A stretch of DNA of 64,000 nt from Saccostrea echinata (GCF_033153115.1 NW_026889774.1:8122001-8186000), one strand, 5' to 3'. Counted from the first letter of the stretch, positions 24,381 through 38,200 are shown. Numbers and translations: made by a program. The notes: a model not told the origin generated them from the sequence alone.

Positions 24381-25802
24381 TAAAACAAAAAAGAGTAAAA
24401 CTACATATCTCTTTATACAGTAAGAATTTCCTAAAGGGGGGGGGGGTCAATTTAGACAAACAGCAAGGGCAGTACTGAAAGAGCATTTTCATTATTATTA
24501 TACCATAATATTTTAAAATAGTTAATTTAGTGACCAATCCATAATATTCTTTTATTTATTTGGCTAGGGAGAAGGAGCGAGATGAGCGTAGACCCAACTA
24601 ACTTTCTCGTCCGCTACCTTACTCCCCCCCCCTTTTTTTTCCCCTAAAGCGAGGGATAGTACAGCGTGGAATACAAGAATACAAAGATTAAAAAGATAGG
24701 TAAAGGTACACTGAAAGCGTCTTGCTACATGAATATTTTATCATGGATTCGAAGATGAAATATTCACCAATTTGGAGGTCCAAATGCCTATCTCTAGTAA
24801 ATATTTGAAATATGTTACAGCTAGGATATATTAATTTCCTATAATTTTAGACCAAAAACAAACATTTCTAATGTCATCCAATCAAATGAATCATGGACAG
24901 CTTGATGTGTTCGTGCTAATCCCAGCGAGATTCGTCGAGACTAAAATTTTGAACAGACCTCTCTAAGATACGTCAGTAAAAGATTTTTAATCACGACGAT
25001 TCTTGCTGAAGTTATGTTCATGCAAATATGCTATTTTAATTGCTTGTAGATTTTGTAGAAAGTCAGATAATATAAAATAAAACCAAGATAAAACAAGGTC
25101 GAAAAAATTATCAACACGGAAGTAATTCTACTTTCGGTTTAATAACTTAATTTTTTTTAATATATTTTAAATTGCGGGATTTTAAAATAAATTCCTTTCT
25201 TGCAAGTATTCATTGATCATGCAAATAAAAAGCATATATATACTTTTTACTCACTACAGCTCTGTATTTTCTTGGAGATAAATTGTCCCTAAAAGAATTG
25301 CTCACGATTGATCGCCCAATCGCAATTTGTAAACATTGTGTATATAAACATAATGATAAAATCTAGTTTCGATTTGTTGCATGATCATAAAGGGGACCTG
25401 TAAACATCATATCGCATCATCTCGGGCCTTTCCGTCATTGGTCGGAAAAACAACTTTTCTGACCTCTGACGGAAAGGCCCGAGATGATGCGATTGGTAAT
25501 CGATATACGAAATTGAGCGAAACCTAACGAAACGAAACCAAATGAAACGAAACCAAGCGAGACAAAAGTCGGCTTAAAGTACTATATAACTATTTTATAA
25601 AAGGAATAAGCTCAGGGTAAAGAAGTAGGGTTTCCATTACAATTACTAGTATTCACAGATTCGACAAAGCATATTCTACCAAAGCCTTGCTACCAAACCC
25701 AAGTCTACATTGATGATAAGTCAACGTATTAAACGCATTATTATGTTCCCCATACGAAGTTTGGGAACATATTATTTTTACTCTGTTTCTTATTATTATT
25801 AA

Positions 25803-26100
25803 GTCGCCCGCGTGGCGCAGTGGTTTGAGCGTTCGCTCTAGAGTAAGGAGTTGATCCTTACGTCGCGGGTTCGAATCCCACTGTGGGACGTGGAGACCGG
25901 TCCTTTGGATGAGACCGTATAAACCGAGGTCCCGAGTCGCAATAGGTGCTGGCACGAAAAAGATCCCTCACTGCTCAATGGCCCTAAGTGCCTCAAGTAT
26001 AGGTCAAAATTTGCAGCTCTCCATCGGCAAGTGGTGGCGTCTCCATATGAGTGAAAAAATCTCGAAGGGGCGTTTAACAATAAACAAACAAACAAACAAA
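25803..26100 (+). mobile_element. tRNA-derived SINE with a Nin/Deu-like core
   Basis: Pol III box A TGGCGCAGTGG, box B GGTTCGAATCC, core GGATGAGACCGTATAAACCGAGGTCCC...AAAAGATCCC and an (AAAC)n tail; inserted in a (TAT)n tract. Confidence 0.85.
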
Positions 26101-27099
26101 TATTATTATTAAGGTCTTCCGTCCTCTACGGAAGACCTTCTTGTTATTCTTAGGTTTATTTTTCACTTTTAGTATGTCGCCCCGAACGAAGTCGGGCGAC
26201 ATATTGCTATTGTACGCCTAAAAACTTTGTCCGGAGATGTTCTCGCAGATGGCTGGGACAAACATTTTGAATCTTTCCACAAAAGACGATCACTTTATTT
26301 GCAGTTGTACTTGTGAAGTGAAGACTTTCAGATTCAAAAGGCTACCGTTGCCATGGAAACTTACGAAAAGTGAGGAATTTTGTCCGGGAGTGTTCTTACT
26401 GGTCCCTTGAACATTCATCATGAAACTTTAAGACATGATGATCAGTATAACTGTAATTGTAGTTGTGCGATTCACATTTGAAATTTTCAAAAAATTGCAA
26501 ATAGTTGCCATGGAATCAGAGGAAAAGTGAAAATCCTTTAACTTCGATTTTCTCAGTAACTGCTCAAGCAGTCATTTTGAAACACCAAAGGATGATTCCT
26601 TGTATTGTGTCAAAGTGATTTCTATTTTAAAAAAAAAAACCTGGAATTGGCCGCTCACAGTTACCACAGAAATAAAACAGAAAAAGGTATTATGCTCACA
26701 TATGTTCTCAGAGGTGCACCTGGCTTGGACAATCATGATGAAACTTTACATAAATTATAATTGGAAACTCTTTGTGTACAGTCAACATTCAAAATTTTCT
26801 AAATTCCTACCGTTGTCATGGAAACAGACAAAAAGTAAAAATTCTTTGATTTCTATTTTTCTCAGTAACTACGCTAGGAATCTTACGGAAACTTAAAAGG
26901 TTTATTCCTTCTACTGTATCAAAGTGGTTTCCGCCAAAAAAAAAAATTGCATTCGATTTCAGTAGGTTTATCGCTTCAGCCACCGGAACGAAGTCGTATT
27001 TTGGTTCACCTTAGTTTTGAAACTTCTATTAAAAAGCTGTAAGATTCAATATGATTCATTATGACGTGTTGTTCATACATACAAACAATAGGTTAGTAT

Positions 27100-27570
27100 T
27101 GTTTCAATTTTATCAATGATTTATATTGTATTGAAGATAAAAACAATGTAAATTTTTCTACGATAACCTACTTTTTTAAGAAATTTAAAGCCCCAAGTTA
27201 TCAATTACTGTTTAAAAAAGTATTTTCTGTTGCAAAAGAGAGCTGAAAGTATATAATTATATAGAAACGAAGTAAAAGATCTTTATGACAAAAGAATATG
27301 TGAATCTGTGAAAACTATTGAATAATACATTGTGTTGTAACAGTTTTCTTTTCAAATGCATATATAGATCATCGGCGTTTTGTAATATATGTGATGAAAT
27401 TGAAGATATTAGACATTTACTCTTTGCATATAAGATATATATAAATTCAAAATATTTTGTAGATGTCAGAATAAAATTGAAACAAATAACAAATGATATG
27501 TTACTTTCCTATGAAAAACAATATAGATTTATTACTGAAGTTATCGAAAACTCGTATTTTCAAAAATAAG
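27100..27570 (+). pseudogene. Possible decayed L1/Tx1-type LINE 3' fragment
   Basis: NNTLCCNSFLFKC...FCNICDEIEDIRHLLF resembles the C-terminal CCHC zinc motif of L1/Tx1 ORF2; a (TA)n tract follows at ~27658-27680. Confidence 0.4.
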
Positions 27571-27746
27571 AGTGTGACATTTGTAGAAATGCTATAATTT
27601 ATATTTGTTATTCTGTTATTCTTGTTATGCTTAGTTTGCTAACTATGTTGACCCGGGTATATATATATATATATATATATTCTTAAAACTTAAAACATTG
27701 CTGTGATCTCATTTCTTTGTTCTTGCAGTCTAAAAATTTACCTGTG

Positions 27747-29037
27747 CAAGGGGTTCAGCCTAAATTCCTTTGCAAAGGCGTATTTTTCTTTGCAACCGAA
27801 AAAATGGCGGATACGAAGCGGAGAAGAAAACGAGGTCAGTAACTTTCGTGTAATTTTAGGAACTATAATCATTAATTTTGATAAATGGATGTTACGTTTC
27901 GGTGCGCCTATCCATCCTTTCCAATGGGAAAACTAAGCTAAAGAGATTTACTTTAAGATGAAAAAATTATTGAAGAAAAACCATAGACATGTCTCTATTG
28001 TTTGTCGCATTCATAACCAATCATCGGTTATTTGTAACATACTGCACAGTCCAAAGCTGTAAAAATTACATATATTTGTAAATTTTCCGGTCAAATATTA
28101 GAAAAACACAATTTCCATTCACACAAAGCCAGTTTTAGAAATTTAATCCACAATTTATGACTTTAAGATTAAAATTACTTTGCAAAGTCGATATTAGGAC
28201 ATGTTTACTTTGCAACTCTGTGATTCAGAACATTGGTCGTTATATTGAAAAGGCCTCTTCGCCAAAATTACAGGCAGCAATATAGTGTTTGCAATCAAAT
28301 TGTATACATACTTTTCACGATGAAAATCCCCTGTCACCCAGCATAATTTAAGTGGTGTGTACACAGTAAATCCTATGATTCTAATTGGGGAGGGTGTATT
28401 TTTTGTTAGTTTCTCCCTACCTCTGATACACTTTTTTATTTTATTTTTTCTCTCTAGAGACTGATCCCTTGATACGCTCAAACCTGAGGTTGGTAAATAA
28501 GGAAAAAAAATCTGGACAAGGGCATATGCAAGTTCCAAAGAGTATTTAGACTGTTTGCGATCGGGTAGATTATGGTCGACGGATCTAAAATTCTATCATC
28601 GTTGAAAGTGGGGATATTGGAAAGGGAACTGTATAGGGTGTAGAAAATCAACTATATTTCTTGTACTGTAACTCATGAATTACTGAAATTCAGTTTTTAT
28701 AAAAATAATTTATTTTCCATTCAACATGTACTCTGTTGTGAAAGACAGTATTTACCCTCATATGATGACACACGTATTCAATCCGTGTCTGCAAGGCATG
28801 TCGTTCTATTTCAATAGATTTTTTGGCATGTAAGTCGTGGGTATCCAAAAGTATCCCTCCAAAAGACAAATAAATGCTTCACCGAAACGACATATTTGAT
28901 ACCGAATTAAATGCACGAATCATTAAAAATTTCGTGATGTTTACTGGCCTTCTTTCCAGTCTCCGCTTCGACTCCGCCATTTTCTCTGTTGCAAAGAAAA
29001 ATACGCCTTTGCAAAGGAATTTAGGCTGGACCCCTTG
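27747..29037. mobile_element. Non-autonomous DNA transposon with ~75-bp TIRs
   Basis: CAAGGGGTTCAGCCTAAATTCCTTTGCAAAGGCGTATTTTTCTTTGCAAC... is mirrored at 28960-29037; CTGTG on both flanks. Confidence 0.85.
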
Positions 29038-31676
29038 CTGTGGCAGTCCGATATTAGTGAACAGTCTGATATTAATCGTAATATCAGACTGTCTCAGTAC
29101 TGATATCCTTCAAAATTGGACTGTTACTGAACAAAAGAAATTGAAATGTGATTATTTAACAAACATCAATGTTTGATCTTAGTTATTTGTACATAATTTT
29201 GTTAAACAGAATATTTACTGATCATACAGAATTGAAAAAAAAAAGACTCATTCTGAAATAGGAAGGGATAAAATAAAAGATTAAAACAGATCTCTCTGAA
29301 GTTTTAATAAACTTGTACTTCAAGTGATGTTTTCATGCAGTACGTGTTAAAAATTCAGAAATTCCCTTATTCTGGGTTGAAAACAATGAATATTAATCCA
29401 GCAGAGTTGGCTGGTAAATCTCTCATTTGAATCATAGAAAAGTTCTTGTGGTTTTATTAGAAAATTATCCATATTACACATGCAATCCTTTATAACACAA
29501 GCCCGTTTAGTTTTTCCTTCAAGATTTTGCCCCCCTCCCCCCCCCCCCCCATTATACTCACACACATATACATACAAAACCTTAAAACCTTTTGTTGCTG
29601 CAAGGTCGAGCACTGACAAATTTCAGAATTTTTTTCTTTAGGAAAGTGTACCAAAAAGTAGAAAAAGGTTCACCCCCCCCCCCCTTCTAGAGGGCTATAG
29701 GATTTTCGGGATTAAATAGTTGAATTTTTTATTTTATTGTTGCTTGTCATATTTTTTTTAAGGTTACCACCCCCACCCCATTAAAGAGCGTTTGTTTGAA
29801 CCTGTTTTTTATTTCGTCATACAATGTACTGTATGTACATGTATATACTGATTTATTGTTGTGTGGAGACTGTCAATAAAATACGGCGTCCAGCGCGCAC
29901 GCTCGGCTGGCTGTCATGCATAGCATGTTGTTGTTTTTCATGTTGGTATAAAAGTAATGGAGTGAATACCTATACATTATGATAATTACGTCATATGTTA
30001 CATAATAAGGGACCAGAATGCCAAATCTTTGGCACTCTATATCTCGAAAGTGGGAACTATTTTGATAAGCAATATTGAACAAAAGATGTTCAAAATAATG
30101 TTCTAAACATTATACACCCTTTCAAAAGGTCCCGAAAGGTAGGGGTCCCGAAACATCGTGCACCCGTATGAACGATTCAAAAGAAGGTAAGATGTTTTTT
30201 ACATATCTAAATTAATTGAAATTTACAAAGATTGATAAATGCTTGCACGTTCACGATGTGTACACTGATCAGCTGATGTTATCTATATATTTTATAGCGT
30301 AGACTCAAACGGTAAACCCTCTGATGACATTATCTTGTAAACCTTCACTTCGAGAGCTTGTAATGTCTAAAAATACTTTATTAAATCGCATTTTACAAAG
30401 AATTTGAAATAATTGATTTTAAGGTCAGACGACACGTTCCTCAAATATCTGTTTTGTATTCCTTGGTATTATATTAAAAAAATATTCATATTGTCATTCT
30501 CTTGTGATTTCTAAATTGTTTTCAGTATGTTTTAAAAATATGTACACCAAAAATTGTGACACTGGCAATTCAGAAGATTACCCATAAGGAATATCACCCT
30601 TTGGCGTCTTGCCAAAATGTCCGGTAAGGTATCTCAATTTTTGGTGAGGAAACTTGTTTAAGTAGCTATACTTTAATGACAAATTCTTGTGAAAAATTCT
30701 ACATTTTTGAGGAAATTAAGTGCAGTTCAGCTGCAGTGATAAGAGTAAAATAGTGTATGTTACATAAAATATCACACTTCGTTTTCTTTGTAAACAGTGT
30801 AGTAATGAAATTTATTTTGAGCACAATTCAACAATATGTTAGGTACTACATGGAAGACCCAAATGAAGAAAACTTGTAAATCTATTACTTGTTACTTAAT
30901 TTTCATGGGTTGCGTAAATTTCACGGTCATGACAGTTAATACTCTTAAAATAACTTTAATAGGTGATGTCAAACTATTTGGCAATGATTTAATAGTTTGT
31001 ATGAAATTTGGTGTGAAATCAGTTATATCAGCTTGTGAACAGCAAATGGGGAGGTAAGAATTAATAAAAAAAAAACAAAAACAAAACAAAACAAAACTTC
31101 ATGGCATCTTCTAAATTTTATATTTTTCTATGAAATTGATAGGGCTAATAGAGAGTCTTATTAGAATGCAAAATATATTATTTGTTTCAAAACTTCTCAA
31201 AACTTTCAAAATATCTGTCATTTTTCACTTTGAAACGGTGGTCTCGATGGCGTAATGGTTATAGCGTGTTGGATTCACTTACTTTTTAACATGTATTACA
31301 CATAAACAAACTAGTATTCTTGTGAAAATGTTGTCTATTTCAAATTATGACAAAATTCTGGTTGGGATCAGTTTAATTAATTTCGATCGGGATTGGCCAA
31401 AATTAAAAAAATTATTTCTCTAAAATTTCTCAATTTCAATTAAATTTCTTTTTAAATATGATTGCTTCTTGCCACCTTTTGTTTTCTCGCTACTGTCCAC
31501 CGTTTCCTGTTTTGCGTACATTTCCTGATGCGTGTACATGCTAACTCTATGATAAGACTGTATCCATTCATCCGAAATTTTGATTTTCTTTCAATTATTT
31601 TATTTTAAAGCCCAATTCAATTCAAACACTATATTTTTAAATTCTTCTTATAATTATTAAAATGATTATACAAATA

Positions 31677-31679
<3 letters not shown>

Positions 31680-31729
<50 letters not shown>
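31680..31729. repeat. (GA)n microsatellite
   Basis: Read directly from the sequence. Confidence 0.95.
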
Positions 31730-31733
<4 letters not shown>

Positions 31734-34700
31734 CATGACTAATTTGCTGAGAAAATATTTAAGAATATTAGTAATAAGTTCATGTTTTAATTTTTTTTCA
31801 GAATGCAACTACGAAATCAGGTTGTTTAACCCATTATCGAACTACGGAAATTGACAATGTACATGTAAAGTCAAAGTAATTCAATGCTAAATCATCATGT
31901 GAAATAGTTACAAAGTTAATTCAAAACTTTAAGAATAGATGTCATCAACGTATGTTAATTACATCGCAAAACTACCAATGTTTAGATAGTTAAATATTAT
32001 TTATTTGGCACTTAATCAAAGATGATGAAATTTTAGTCGAAAAATAGTCTTCAATATTTTTAATGTAATACCAGTCATTTGAAGAATATAAAGCAAAAAG
32101 TGCAATTATATCCATCCTCAGTTTGAAAAGTGGCTGCACAGTAGTGCATTGGAATGCATATAGCGTGGATCAGTGATGTACAGTGCCAAACTGCAATGTG
32201 TACAGTGAGCAACAGTGGTGTACTGTGCCGTACTAAAATTAAGTACTGTACACGTCTGTGATATACATGTACAGTGCTCTACTGTAGAGGCGTCCATTGT
32301 CAAACAGTGGTGTACTGGGCTGTACAGAGGGAACGTACTGTGATGTACAGAAAATAACAGTTGGCTTGTACTGTGATTTATTGGGAATTACAGTAGGCAC
32401 AGGGATTTTGTACAGTGACTGCACAGTGTTTGTGCAGAGAAATACAGTGCTTAGGCAGTGAGTTCCAGAGTTTATCAGAGAGATTTTTCAGAATATTAGG
32501 GAATTTTAAGTCCAGTAGTGTAGGGAGTTGTGATGTAAAATTTCACTGCAAAAGCTCAAAGCCTTCTTGAGATATCGTCCGAAAACGAAAATGTTACACA
32601 CAGACAGAATGTATGAAGTTGTGACCTTGACATTTGACTATTAATCTAAAAATCAATAGGGGTCTTTTTTTTTAGGCCATAGGGAGTTGATATAAAATTT
32701 CATTGCAAAAGCTCAAAGGCTTCTTGAGGTATCGTCTGGAAACGAAAGTGTTACACACAGACAGAAAACAGACAGACAGACGGATGGACAGACAGACAGA
32801 CCCAAATTAATGTACCCAACTTTCAGTGTAAACGGGGGACAAAAAGAAATTGTCCTATGCCCATTTGTATCGGCCCCATCCTTGTGATAAATGTTGCCGG
32901 TCCCTTACAAAAATTTGAAAGTGTTTATATTGGAATATCATATATACTTTTAATTTTGTAAAGGTTAATTAAATAAATATATATTCAAAATCTAAATTTT
33001 GACTTAAGTCTGTTCCCTGTTTATGGTCTTGAAGACTAGAAATCTAAGCATACAGCTGCATCTTATCCTGAATCTTTTATCTGTTATCCAGTGTTCCTAA
33101 AAATCTCAATCATTACCTCTAAACATAATTCCCCTAAAATTGCATTAGAAACTGTTCCGAGACTTATTGTGAACAGCTGGCGGAGGCATAAAACAAGATA
33201 ATCTCCAGTATATATATACCTTTAGCCGGACCCGCCTAAATATACAATCGATTCTTTCTCAACACACACTCTAAATAGATTACAAAGAATATAATAGAAA
33301 AATTGTACTCATTACTGTTCAAATACTATCTTTTTTAATGGAAGAAATGGAAAACAGACAAGCTGAATATTTGCATGTTGCTTTTATTGCACTGGATATC
33401 TTAAAACTATAACACATCATTTTAAACATAAACAAATTTAAGATTAAAAATGATATGGCCCATAATTCTGTAATTTTTAAAGATGTATATGTAAAAAAAC
33501 ATTTTACACCAAAATCAAGATATTACTTATTGCACGAGTCTGTTCTTAAACTAAGATGTCATGTTTTTATTTATTAGAATTTTTGCCATTCGAAGGAATT
33601 ATAGATGAAATACGCTGTACGACTATACTTTTGTGACATCAGAAATCAGTGCTTATTTTTTCTACTTCTGAAACGGTGATCTCAAGCTCTTACATCGATT
33701 TTAATGTTGGATGACGGGTGGCTAATATTTTATCTAACTGAAAGTACCATATCTCATAAAAAGTGTGGTTTCAGATTTTATTGAAGACTACAAGATATGT
33801 TTGTGAAACAGTGATGCCCCCGTATGTTAGCTCATAGCCAAGGTTTAAGGTTTTCAAAAGTATGTCAAACTCAAAGGTCATGATCATGAGGTAAACAAGC
33901 TAATTCAAAGAATTGGTGCCCCCTCCCCCCCTTAAGGAAAAAAGGGTGGAAAAACAGGAAAAATATGCAGAGAATAAAAAGGTCAACAATGACCGTTCAA
34001 AGGGGTATTTCTTATGTTAAAAAAAGCATGACCTTAAGTTTCATTGCAAAAGCTTACAGAGAACTAAAGTTATCATCTGAAAACTCAGGGTCAAGGCCAT
34101 GAGGTCAAAAATGATAGTTCCAAAAAAGGCTTTGTCACAAGGAATACACATGTGAAATATGGAAGCCCTTAAACCAACCATTTAAAGATATGGGCAAACT
34201 TAAAGATTTGCTTACAAACAGATAAACAGACAGCTGGACAGACCATATATACGACTCCGAATCCAAAAACATTTGAATCCAAAATATATCTTTTACCGAG
34301 TACACACATAAAAATGCACCACATCAGCAATGCAGAATGTCGTATAATAATTTTTATAACAATTTGTGTCAGGATACTTATTACAAATAAAAATATTCAT
34401 AAAGAATATCAAACAGAAGTAAACACACTACGTTAATTTTCCCTGTTAATTATAACAGGATGTTTCAAGGAGATAAATATAAAGATTAAAAATAAAACAA
34501 CAACAACAAAAATAAAATAAAGAAATCTTATAGGGGATAAAAATATACACAGTTATTCAGAGTATTTTAGTTTAAATATCCAATATCAAAGAAGATCTAT
34601 ATCAGAATCGCGATTGCCGATATGTCAAATATTACGGACACATGGAGGTACATGTTAATTTGTGGTCTTGGTCTAATCATAAGGTTTCAACTTGGGAATC

Positions 34701-34822
34701 TCAGCTTTTTGAAAAGTCTCACATATTCGGGATTCGACTGTATTCTTAATGAATTCAAAACCCACTGAAGGATTTCCTTCTTTTTCTATACAGGCCTAAG
34801 TGTGTGCCTTCTAATCATCATT

Positions 34823-35253
34823 TCATTTTGTTTCATCGGACAACAGTTGACTTTTTAAGAAAGAAACCAATGTCTGGAATGATTGGTTATCTGACTCCTC
34901 CAAGTTCACATCCTTCCTCCCTCCATTAAGTTGCAACCGCAGGCAAGAATGTCCTAAAAAGTTAAAAGAAAATTAATTTAGCTTACCAACATTTTTGAAA
35001 GCACGAATTAGTCGAATGTACATTTGATACATGTCTATTTACCGTTTGCCTTTCATTATTATCATGATTTACAAACTGCTGAAAATCATTTAATCCTTCA
35101 TACCATCAACATGGAAAATATGGAACTCATCAATATCTGATAATCCTATTTGTTTGTCCAGCTCTGAACCCCATGTAAGATTTGGTGGGTGCTCGGATAA
35201 TTCCAAGAAAACTTGCTCTTTTTTCCCATCATTCTTGATAAATAAAATGTTTC
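34823..35253 (-). CDS. Two terminal PKS exons (35253-35104, 34953-34823) encoding a ~93-aa PH-like domain
   Basis: Polypyrimidine-AG acceptors and phase 1-1-1 continuity from the giant exon. Translation: GNILFIKNDGKKEQVFLELSEHPPNLTWGSELDKQIGLSDIDEFHIFHVDGHSCLRLQLNGGRKDVNLEESDNQSFQTLVSFLKSQLLSDETK*. Confidence 0.7.
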
Positions 35254-38200
35254 CTATCAAAAATAAAAACAAAATTCAGAACAGAATTTAGTTCAGATAA
35301 AATGTACGAATCGACAATACATACACAATGTACGTACCTACAAGTACATGTATATAAACCTCAAATTTTGATTAATATCAGAATTTTGATAGTTTCATAC
35401 TGACCTTTTGGAAACAAAGCTGGGCTTTTTTCCGACCATGTTGGAAGCTTTAGCTGGTGTAAAGTTTGGTAATATTTTTCTGGAAGTGTTTGGATGAAAT
35501 CCGACACAAAATTAACAACACTGGGAGTGTTAACGCTAGAAACAAATCCAGAGCAAAACTGAAACTCTAATTCTAATGTATTTTGTGCCAAATTGTGCTT
35601 TGCATAGAGACCAGTTTCATAATCCATATTTGTATTCACTTCCAGTGACTTTAGTTGTATGCACTGATTATTAACATTTTCCAACGAGTCAAAAAGGAAA
35701 TAATGCTTCATGTGGGTTTTCCGATCAAATTCCATAAGATCCTTGATTTCAACAAAAGGGAACAGACAATGATTCATACACTGATTGACAACGGCTTTAT
35801 TTTCCACTAGCATATCACAGACTCTAGCAAAAGAATCCTCAAAACTGGGGGATGCAAGGGGAATCAAATTAGCACATGGTAAAATCACATCTTGACATTC
35901 CGGAAGCTCTGAGCGCAAATCAATCTCTGTTAATAAAGAAACTCGTCCGGCATTAGTTAATTTGTTCAATACTATCTGAAAGGCACTGCATACAATGATA
36001 AACATGGATAAATCATGTTTTTTTGCAAATTCGATAAGAGCTTTCGGAATTTCGATTTCTTTTTTTGTATTTTCTAATTCAAAGCCATTTGTGTAAGATA
36101 TACAACTGTCTGATGTGCTGCACAATCTAAGATGGTTTTTCCAAAATGTTCTTGACTTTTCAGCAATTTCATGCAATTTGTTTGCATACACGTTTACAAT
36201 GTCAATGTGCGGTTTATCAAACCAAGGTGGGACGGGTTGTGATGCAAGAACATGCGATACAATCCTTTGTAGGTCATTCTGGATAATTTTTGCACAAAAG
36301 ACATCCAGTCCCACTCTGTTGCAATTTATGTGAAGTTGTGGTTTATTGTCTATATCTTCATATATCATAGATACTAAAACTTCAACATTCTGTAATAAAG
36401 AGCCAGATACACTTCTCGTTTTCACAAACTCGAATGGAAAAGTAAAGTCTTCACAATCCACTGTATTGTTTGAATCTTGCAAGCACAAGTAATTTTCAGT
36501 ACTTTGTACTCTTAAGTTAGGATTCATTCTAAAAAAAATTTGGAACACCTTTTCCCAAAAGTTTGGTTGATTTCGTGAGTTGGATATGGCATACGTCGCA
36601 ACAAATGACAATTCCTTATGAATGTCATGGACACTTTTTAGCTGCTTTTCTACGACTGACATTGTCTTAGATAAGGATTGATTCTCTCCCGATAAGTCAC
36701 TGGATTCTCTGCTCAACATTTCCTTTTCTCTCAAAAATTTGGCAATTTCTAATACCGATAATTCCCCTGACAATATCAGTACAATTGGAATTCTGACTTT
36801 TGTTTCGGAAAATATTATGTTTGTGATCTCGACTGCGTTCTGAGAATCCAATCCAAATCGAGTTAATGAATGCGTGTCAGCAATTTCTGAAATTTCAACC
36901 ATTAGAATTTGAGACGAAGTTTTTTTCACAAGATCTACAAAATTTTGAATCGATTCATAGCTGCTCTTTTCATCATCATTCTCCTCGAAAATCGATCTAT
37001 CAGCAAAAGATATTAGATTAGTAAACTTTGACTTTTCCCACCTTTTGCTACTAGCTGTGAGAAATTTTTTTAAGTCAAAATCAACAAAAATGCCTTGTGT
37101 ATGATCTGACAAAAGCATTTGTGTTAAAACACTGTATATTTGGCTAACAGACATCAAATTAATTCCTTTGTGAAGAAAGAAATCCTTTAAACTAGGATCA
37201 GATCCCAAACCAACGTCTAATGCACCCCAATTTATCACCTGCGCTGGAAGTCCTAAAGATCTGCGGTAGTGAGAAAAGCTGTCGAGGAATGCATTTGCTG
37301 CAGCATAATTGGATTGTGAGTGGCTTCCGAATGTGGATGCAACACTAGAGTGCAAAACAAAGAAATCAAGATTCATTTCTTTAGTGGCAAGATGAAGGTT
37401 CCAGGTTCCTTTTATTTTAACCATAAGAGGTATATCAAAAGTTTCAACCGTCATTTTTAAAACTGTTTGGTCTTTCAACTCTGCAGCTCCCTGAAACACT
37501 CCCCGAATAGGAATATTAGGCATTTGTTGTTGGATGGTGTACATCACTTGTTTAAGATGCTCCAGCTCATTTAAGTCGACTTCTCTATGCACCACACTAA
37601 CTCCATGGAGAAACTTTATGTTTTGAATACGTTTTTTATTTTCACTAGAGAGCGAACGTCTTGAAAGTGACACTATCATTTTGGCTCCTCTTCTACATAG
37701 ATACTTGACTATTAACCATCCCAACCCAGTCAACCCTCCAACTACGATATAAGCAGAGTCCGTTCGAATGAGAAATTCGTCTGGTATTCTTAACTCCATC
37801 TTATCTGAGAGTTTATCGATGTCTAAGAGGCTAGGAGTTGGACTGTCTATCTTTTTATTGCATCTTAGTGTTGTCAATAATCTCTCCCTTAGTGACGTAA
37901 CTTCCATACAATTTGAACGAAATAAATCAACAACATTAATAACATGAAAGTTGCATAAAGTTTGATCTATGAAAGAACTTGGCATTGCGCCTTTTAAGGA
38001 AATGCATGTTCGTACACTTGGAAAAAGAACACGGAACATGTGAGGATCATCATAACCCTCTTCAGACAACACAACTAACTGAACTGCTTTAATATTTTGA
38101 GTTTTCTTGGAGTATGCAGTCTCGCAACTTGATATAACACATTTCTTTTCCAATAGAGCAGAAAACAGAAAATGATAAATCAAGGAATATTTTTCACTAA

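Noticed and set aside
25803-25890. tRNA gene (also at 48677 and 50296)
   Set aside because: Boxes A/B are followed by a shared SINE body and an (AAAC)n tail; there is no proper cloverleaf.
32900-34820. A downstream NRPS adenylation/thiolation module completing a PKS-NRPS
   Set aside because: No ORF or A-domain motif is visible after the spliced stop at 34823.
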